Part shown: positions 58,423 through 64,000 of the stretch, one piece after another
Numbering within the stretch: position 1 is the first letter of the stretch
How the letters are laid out: each line of letters begins with the position of its first letter
Assembly: GCA_963790795.1 (NCBI GenBank)
Contig: CAWBPO010000001.1
Coordinates: 460,073 to 524,072, forward strand
Origin: an uncultured bacterium
GTDB taxonomy: Bacteria; Patescibacteriota; Minisyncoccia; Minisyncoccales; RBG-13-42-11
Length of the DNA: 64,000 bases
Reading direction: 5' to 3'
Program-made: the position numbers and the translations under genes
The notes under the pieces: model-generated
Told to the model about the DNA's origin: nothing
The model's database searches: none
The model's input: the letters and a program-made list of their open reading frames with translations, nothing else

Positions 58423-59379
58423 TTATTTGACTAAAATTTCAGTTATAAGAAAGACGATATAAAGGCCAAGTAAAAAAACAGCTTCTTTCCGGGTAATTTT
58501 CTGGCCGGTTCTCACAAACGTCAAAAAGGAAAGCGCTGCCAAAATAAGGAAAATTCTGGCAATGGCAAAAGGCGAAAAATCAGCAATCTGTATGGGGCTG
58601 ATTAAAGCAACTATTCCTAAAACCAAAGTGGCGGCCACGATAACCGAACCCATCAGGTCTCCCAACACCAGCCATCCTTCTCCCTTTTTAGCGGAAATTA
58701 TGGAAAAATACGTTTCAGGCAGACAGTTACCCAAACCGACTATTAAAATACCGATTAAAGCCAAAGGTAAGCTGAAATAGTCAGCAAAAAAAGAAGCTGA
58801 AATAACTATTCCCTGAGCAGCCAATAAAATCAAAAGAATGCCGACAATCACCACGCTTCCGCTCTTTAAAATATCTTTTAATTGCTTGCCAATCGGGTAA
58901 GGTGGCCTATCATAAACCTTTTGGAATCTTTCGTCCTTTGAAAACAGCCAGATAATATACATAGCAAAGAACAGAATGAGGATTATTCCGTCGATTCTTC
59001 CCAATTTTCCGTCTAAAATCAAAAGTAAAGGCAAAACCGCTATCACCAGAGTGAATATGGAGGACGTTTGGATGGTTTTGCTGGCAGCTGGTATGCCTTT
59101 GGCAAACAAAGCAGCCAGAGCCAAAACCAAGGTCAAATCAGCTAGGTTTCCTCCGACAACGTCGCCAAAAGACAACTCCGGAATCCCTCTTAAAGCAGCG
59201 CTGACACCGACAAAAAGATTGGGTAAAGAACCGGCAAAAGCCATGATAAAGAAAGCAACGACAAATTCTTTCCAGCATAAAACCTTGGCTATTTTTATCA
59301 AAGCGTTGATCAGGTATTTACCGGCCAAAGCAAGCAGGCCGCAGGAGATAAGAAAGATTAGTATGTATAAGAATATCAT
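58423..59379 (-). CDS. Ca2+/Na+ antiporter family (CaCA) membrane protein
   Basis: Two alpha-repeats: GSLPNLFVGVSAA..GDVVGGNLADLTL and GNCLPETYFSII..GDLMGSVIVAATL. Confidence 0.75.
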   Translation of the reverse strand: MIFLYILIFLISCGLLALAGKYLINALIKIAKVLCWKEFVVAFFIMAFAGSLPNLFVGVSAALRGIPELSFGDVVGGNLADLTLVLALAALFAKGIPAASKTIQTSSIFTLVIAVLPLLLILDGKLGRIDGIILILFFAMYIIWLFSKDERFQKVYDRPPYPIGKQLKDILKSGSVVIVGILLILLAAQGIVISASFFADYFSLPLALIGILIVGLGNCLPETYFSIISAKKGEGWLVLGDLMGSVIVAATLVLGIVALISPIQIADFSPFAIARIFLILAALSFLTFVRTGQKITRKEAVFLLGLYIVFLITEILVK

Positions 59380-60497
59380 CGCTTTATAAAATATATTATC
59401 TCATAAATAATGCCGATTAGAAATATCAAAATCAAGGGATAGACCAGCAAACATTTGAAACTTGATTCTTTAAGTTTAGTATAAGACTTTTTGCACATCA
59501 AAAGAATGAGAATGCCCTCAATTCCCAGCATAACGCCACCGATCAAAGAGATTATGGTGATAAAGCTTTTGATGCCGATTAAAAAGAGAATTAAGGGAAC
59601 AAAGCAGGTAATTGCCCAAGCTAATTTCTCATTGATTTTCAAATCAAAATGGAAAACCTTTTTCAAGGTCAGACCCAAAGCGATAAAAGAGGTAAAGGTA
59701 GTCAAGATGCCAAAACAAAAAGCCAAAGAAACCATTCCGTTTCCCAAAACACTTCTCAGTCCGGACAAAGCTGACTCAGTTGTTTCGGGACCGGTAATTC
59801 CCAGAATCAGATAAATGAAAAAGAGGTAAACGATTATCGGAATGAGAATGGCTGCAGGAATTATTTTCAAAATCAATTTCCTTTTTTCGCCCAGCATTTC
59901 TTCTGCTTCCGGAATCATAGTTGCTCCCCAAAGGCAAAAAAGAATAATGCCGTAAGGTAAAAACAGAAACGATTTATCGGGAGCAGTAAAAAGATTGCTA
60001 ACAGTCAAGAATTCCTTGCTTTGAAAGAATATGATAAATAAAATCAAAAAAAACAAAAGGAGTCCCCAAAATTCAACTTTAGCAATCGCTTTTATGCCGG
60101 AGAAAATAAAAAGAGCTCCGGCAACAAAATATAACAGGGTGTAGATCAATGAATTTCCGCCGAAAACAGGCGAAGCCAGTTCAGAAAGGAACTCTCCTCC
60201 GACAATTAAATAAACTAAAAGAGCGCCCAAAATGCCAGCGATCGTTGAAATATATGCTAAACCCTGGCCCCATTTTCCCAGATAAAGCTTGGCAAAACCA
60301 GGCATCCTTTTAAAATCAGGCGTTTTTAAGACCAACTCTCCAAAAAACAGATGGACTACCATTACTAATCCACCCAATAAAAGAAAATAGCCGAGTATAA
60401 CCCAGAATCCCACTTTTAGGGTAATGTAAGGCAAAACAAAAAAGCCCACTCCAATGCAAGTTCCGGCAATAACGGCCAAAGCGCAGGCAATTTTCAT
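59376..60497 (-). CDS. Amino-acid permease-like transporter
   Basis: About 11 TM helices. MKIACALAVIAGTCIGVGFFVLPY start at 60497. The listed upstream extension overlaps tRNA-Glu. Confidence 0.55.
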   Translation of the reverse strand: MKIACALAVIAGTCIGVGFFVLPYITLKVGFWVILGYFLLLGGLVMVVHLFFGELVLKTPDFKRMPGFAKLYLGKWGQGLAYISTIAGILGALLVYLIVGGEFLSELASPVFGGNSLIYTLLYFVAGALFIFSGIKAIAKVEFWGLLLFFLILFIIFFQSKEFLTVSNLFTAPDKSFLFLPYGIILFCLWGATMIPEAEEMLGEKRKLILKIIPAAILIPIIVYLFFIYLILGITGPETTESALSGLRSVLGNGMVSLAFCFGILTTFTSFIALGLTLKKVFHFDLKINEKLAWAITCFVPLILFLIGIKSFITIISLIGGVMLGIEGILILLMCKKSYTKLKESSFKCLLVYPLILIFLIGIIYEIIYFIKR

Positions 60498-60500
60498 AAG

Positions 60501-60573
60501 CGGCCCCAACCGGATTTGAACCGGTGTTACCAGGATGAGAACCTGGCGTCCTAGGCCACTAGACGATAGGGCC
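60501..60573 (-). tRNA. tRNA-Glu (anticodon CUC)
   Basis: Minus strand GGCCCTATCGTCTAGTGGCCTAGGACGCCAGGTTCTCATCCTGGTAACACCGGTTCAAATCCGGTTGGGGCCG. Anticodon loop TTCTCAT, T-loop GGTTCAAATCC. Confidence 0.85.
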
Positions 60574-60598
60574 AAAAGCAGAGAAGGTGATGATCTAA

Positions 60599-60928
60599 TT
60601 ATCTCCTCGCTTTTCCGTCAAGAAACTGATGAAAAATTGCCATTGGGTCCCTCCTCTTATTTAACTCTTCGACAATCTGCCGATTTATCTCTATAATCTG
60701 GGTTTTTTCCAGGGATAGAGTTAATCCGGTTGTTATAAAATTATCAACCTTCACATCGAGATGTCTGATTTTTCTGGCAAGTTTATTTTTCTCAGTTTCG
60801 GAAACATCTGGTATCTCTTTTTGTCTGCGTTGTTCGTGAAGCAACCGACGGTATGTTGCTATACAATAGATATTAGCCTTGAGCCATTTGCGGGTTTGCG
60901 CCCCTTGTAGTTTTTCGGCTGTTATCAT
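60599..60928 (-). CDS. Hypothetical protein
   Basis: 109-aa ORF with a strong AGGAGGTGA SD upstream. Confidence 0.35.
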   Translation of the reverse strand: MITAEKLQGAQTRKWLKANIYCIATYRRLLHEQRRQKEIPDVSETEKNKLARKIRHLDVKVDNFITTGLTLSLEKTQIIEINRQIVEELNKRRDPMAIFHQFLDGKARR

Positions 60929-61101
60929 CGCATCACCTCCTTTTTGAATTATTTTTGATCATCACCTCCCTTTTTATGATAGTATGAACCGTTTTTTAAT
61001 CTAACATAAAAGTTAAGTATTGTAAAACCGCGAAGTAAAATAAAAAGTCCTCCCGATGAAAAGGAGGACCTCAACTTAATTTCGTTTCTTAACCCTGTTT
61101 T

Positions 61102-61317
61102 TTATGGCTGGATAAAAGGGATCTTTTGAGTTTTAAGCCGATTTAGCAAATAAGCGGCTCTTTTTCCAGTATGGCAGCAGGCCTTCTTTAGTCTTCCGTC
61201 TCCATTCCTCTTAAAATGGTGTAGTGCGCCACAGCTACATTGTACCCAGGCAGCATCAGCAGAAACCTCTTCCCCGCATGTACATAACAGCTTTGGATTG
61301 TTCGTTTTTTTCGGCAA
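61102..61317 (-). CDS. Small Cys-rich hypothetical protein
   Basis: 71 aa with CTCG...CSCG...CCH cysteines. Confidence 0.3.
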   Translation of the reverse strand: MPKKTNNPKLLCTCGEEVSADAAWVQCSCGALHHFKRNGDGRLKKACCHTGKRAAYLLNRLKTQKIPFIQP

Positions 61318-61407
61318 TTTCTCCCCCTATTTTTGTTTTATTATTAAGAACTAACTAAAAGAACTCACTAAAGAACGATAGTATACTAACCTTTTTTCCA
61401 ATAGATG

Positions 61408-61905
61408 TCAATATCTCCCTTTGAGCGATTGGGAAATCTCAACCAGGTTCAAACCGAAAACCGTGCCGACGCAAACAGCTGACAAAACAGGATGAATCTG
61501 CTCTTCAAAGCCGACATCAGTCAGAGCAGCTGTCCAAAAAGGAACAAAGCCACCCTTGTAATTGACTTTAAAATTTATTCCGCCGTTCAATTTAATGTCA
61601 GAAGCAAAAACATCGTTTTTTTCGTCAAATCCAAATTTTAATGTTTTGAAATCAAAAAGATCGTGAATTGCTTTTATCTTTTCATCGTCTGCCAAAATCG
61701 GCAGTTTGGAATGTTTGATAAAAAAGGAAAGCTTATTAACGTCCTTTTCTTCCGTTTCAAAAATGAAAACATCCTTGCCAATTTGAAAATGTTGGCTTAA
61801 AACCCGCAGGATGATTTCTCCGGCTTTTTTTCTTCTTTGGCCGACAATAATAACCACTTTCGGCTTTTTAAAGAAAAACTTAATCTTAATTAAAAATTTA
61901 TTCAT
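61408..61905 (-). CDS. Short Mur-ligase-like protein (uncertain)
   Basis: KPKVVIIVG... start-region pattern and its position downstream of ftsI. Too short for a full Mur ligase. Confidence 0.3.
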   Translation of the reverse strand: MNKFLIKIKFFFKKPKVVIIVGQRRKKAGEIILRVLSQHFQIGKDVFIFETEEKDVNKLSFFIKHSKLPILADDEKIKAIHDLFDFKTLKFGFDEKNDVFASDIKLNGGINFKVNYKGGFVPFWTAALTDVGFEEQIHPVLSAVCVGTVFGLNLVEISQSLKGRY

Positions 61906-63511
61906 TGTCTGAAGGTATTTGGTAATAGTCAAGAATCGATTTTGCCAGCTCGCGGAAAACAGGCACAGCTGAATATTCCGCTGTATTGGCTTTCGGATTG
62001 TTCAATTTCACTAAAATGAGGAATTGCGGGTTAAAAGCAGGGACAAAGCCGACAAAACTCTGCCAGGTTTTGTCTGAATAGCCTTTTTTGTCTATTTCTA
62101 AAGCAGCAAAAGATATCTGGGCTGTTCCTGTTTTGCCGGCAATATAATATCCTGGAATGCCAGCAGACTTGGCATAGCCGTTTTCAACTACGCTGACCAG
62201 CATGGCTGTCAGCTGATTGGCTGTTTTCGGAGAAATAACCGGCTCTTCCTCTGTTTTCGGCTCTGTTTCTAAAACATCCTCGCCTTGCACTATCTTTTTA
62301 ACGAGAAACGGTCTTACCAGCTTTCCCTCATTGGCAATAGCGCCGTAGGCCCTGATTAACTGAATTGGCGTTACTTCAATGCCCTGGCCGAAAGAAGCTG
62401 TGGCAAAGTTTATCTCGTAGCCCTTTTTAAATTCCTTGTTTTCCGAATAAACTTCATCAAGGTCAATGCCTGTCGGCTTGAAAAAGGAGAATTTCTCGAT
62501 ATATTTCAAAAAAAGATTGTCTCCGAGCTGCCTTTCAACAAAAACAGCTCCTGTGTTGATTGATTTTTCCAGCACTTCTATTATTGATCTCTCTCCCCAG
62601 ACCCTTTGGCCATAGTTATATATTGTATACCCTCCGATTTTCACTGAACCCGTATCAATGTAAGTGGTTTGGGGAGTGACTTTTTCCTCTTCTAAAGCTG
62701 AAGCTACGGTAATCGGCTTGAAAATGGAGCCTGGTTCAAATATATTTTGCGTTGCTCCGTTTTTGAAAATATTAAAATCAGAAACTAATGAGTACTGGTT
62801 GGGATTAAAATTAGGGAAATTGGCCAAAGCCAGAATTTCACCGGAATCAGGATCAATAACAATAATTTCTCCTCCTTCAATATCAAGATCTTCTTTTGCT
62901 TTGGCTAAAAGCTCTTCAGCTTTAAACTGGATGAAATAATCAATGGTTAAAACAAGGTCGCTCCCTTTCTGGTTTCTTTTCCCTTTTAAAACATCGTCAT
63001 AATAACCTTCTATGCCGTATTGGCCCTGCAAATTGTTGTCTATGAAGCCGATTAGCTGAGAGGCAAAAGCTTCCTGAGGATAATATCTTCCTGTTTCCTT
63101 GCCCAAATAAACTCCTTTCAAATCAAGCTCGTTTATCTTCTGGCTTTCCTCATCAGTTATCTTTTTCTTAATAACCTCGTAAACATTGTCTTTTCCCAGT
63201 TTTTCCAAAATAGCATCCTTATTCAAAGAAAGAGCCTCAGATAGTTTCTCAGCTGTTTCATCTTTTTCTGATATTTCTGCCGGAGAGGCAAAAACCAACG
63301 GCCAATCCATATTTATGGCCAAAGGTTCGCCATTCTTAAAAAAAACCTCTCCTCTTTCTCCGGTAATCTCCTCTTCAATGGCGAACATTCCCTGGGCTAA
63401 AGCCTTGTAATAGTCGCCTTTAATAATCTGGATATAAAAAAGGCGGCCGACAATGGCCATGCCAAAAATAAGCATCAGTCCTAAGATAATATTAATTCTC
63501 CAGCGAATCAT
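61898..63511 (-). CDS. ftsI: Penicillin-binding protein 2 / FtsI transpeptidase
   Basis: N-terminal TM, SxxK (GSIFKP), SxN (KSINTG) and KTG (GKTGTAQ) motifs. Confidence 0.9.
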   Translation of the reverse strand: MIRWRINIILGLMLIFGMAIVGRLFYIQIIKGDYYKALAQGMFAIEEEITGERGEVFFKNGEPLAINMDWPLVFASPAEISEKDETAEKLSEALSLNKDAILEKLGKDNVYEVIKKKITDEESQKINELDLKGVYLGKETGRYYPQEAFASQLIGFIDNNLQGQYGIEGYYDDVLKGKRNQKGSDLVLTIDYFIQFKAEELLAKAKEDLDIEGGEIIVIDPDSGEILALANFPNFNPNQYSLVSDFNIFKNGATQNIFEPGSIFKPITVASALEEEKVTPQTTYIDTGSVKIGGYTIYNYGQRVWGERSIIEVLEKSINTGAVFVERQLGDNLFLKYIEKFSFFKPTGIDLDEVYSENKEFKKGYEINFATASFGQGIEVTPIQLIRAYGAIANEGKLVRPFLVKKIVQGEDVLETEPKTEEEPVISPKTANQLTAMLVSVVENGYAKSAGIPGYYIAGKTGTAQISFAALEIDKKGYSDKTWQSFVGFVPAFNPQFLILVKLNNPKANTAEYSAVPVFRELAKSILDYYQIPSDNE

Positions 63512-63517
63512 ATTTTC

Positions 63518-63859
63518 TTACTTTGCCAAGGCTGTGGTTTCCAAAACGCGTATATATTCTATTTTCCCCGCTCTTTCAAAGTTCTGGACGTAATTGCCCA
63601 TGTTTTGCAAGGAATCAGCTTTAGTCAGGTTGATTTCCAAAAACTTGTTTTCCTGCGAAAGCTGATTCATCATTTTTCCATACTTGCTGACAGTATACAC
63701 TTCCGAAGTGTATACATTAAGCAGATAAACACAAGTAATCAAAAGAGAGAAAATTATTGTCAGAGCAAACGCCAAGAGAAACTTCAAGCTTAAATTCATC
63801 TTGAATCTGACAGAAGGCATTGAAATCGGCAGACTTGAAACTAAAGAAGATTTGTTCAT
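63518..63859 (-). CDS. FtsL-like bitopic membrane protein
   Basis: 113 aa, single TM. Position between rsmH and ftsI. Confidence 0.45.
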   Translation of the reverse strand: MNKSSLVSSLPISMPSVRFKMNLSLKFLLAFALTIIFSLLITCVYLLNVYTSEVYTVSKYGKMMNQLSQENKFLEINLTKADSLQNMGNYVQNFERAGKIEYIRVLETTALAK

Positions 63860-64000
63860 ATTTTTATTGCTACTCTCAGTTTTCCGGACCGAGAACTGGG
63901 ATTAATTTTTATTTCTTTTAAACTTGGTATTATCGGCTTCTTAGTTATTATTTTTAATGCGTTTTCTTTTGATTTTTCTTTGAAAAAGTTTTTAACTATT
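63856..64000 (-). CDS. rsmH: 16S rRNA m4C1402 methyltransferase RsmH, C-terminal end (partial at window edge)
   Basis: Minus-strand frame reads ..[34 protein letters not shown]. The NPxSRSAKLR-type tail is characteristic of RsmH. Its TGA overlaps the ftsL-like ATG. Confidence 0.6.
   Translation of the reverse strand, partial: IVKNFFKEKSKENALKIITKKPIIPSLKEIKINPSSRSGKLRVAIKI

Overview
AT-rich (by eye roughly one-third G+C) bacterial chromosome segment with small, tightly packed genes, almost all on the minus strand except 43.8-49.8 kb and 51.9-57.0 kb. The gene content (minimal type IV pilus operon, short DnaX, many tiny membrane proteins, several genes with a -10 box right at the ATG) fits a reduced-genome, CPR/Patescibacteria-like organism; that assignment is inference. 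Layout: (i) 1-12.6 kb is a surface-structure locus with a SipW-type signal peptidase, three TasA/camelysin-like substrates, five prepilin-like genes, and intact PilC and PilB. The substrate and pilin genes are visibly more G+C-rich and full of frame changes. (ii) 12.7-29.6 kb is mostly housekeeping: PAP2, DgkA, pyrD, a pyrE-like gene, pyrF, an ABC exporter, Obg, Csp, EngB and membrane proteins. It also holds an HTH-GHKL ATPase/STAS-like pair, a DUF3800-like gene and two dispersed intergenic repeat families. (iii) 29.9-49.8 kb is an accessory island ending at tRNA-Gln. It contains a co-directional cassette (UvrD-like helicase, RNase H1-like protein, 1180-aa all-alpha protein, small membrane proteins), an EndoIII-like glycosylase between membrane proteins, a frame-broken type III R-M system, and a prophage-like remnant (excisionase-like HTH, Zn-ribbon, ParB-methyltransferase, TerS-like, TerL, large serine recombinase, PD-(D/E)XK-like gene behind a structured GC-rich leader). 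(iv) 50-64 kb is core: dnaX, dedA, cysS, a GT4 glycosyltransferase, dnaB, recR, rplU, rmuC, transporters, tRNA-Glu and the start of a dcw cluster (rsmH end, ftsL-like, ftsI). No rRNA, CRISPR array or reverse transcriptase was seen. The best candidate for something undescribed is the 29.9-39.4 kb cassette, with the repeat/leaderless-promoter architecture and the SipW/TasA-in-pilus locus next. All homology calls rest on motif recognition by eye, not on searches.
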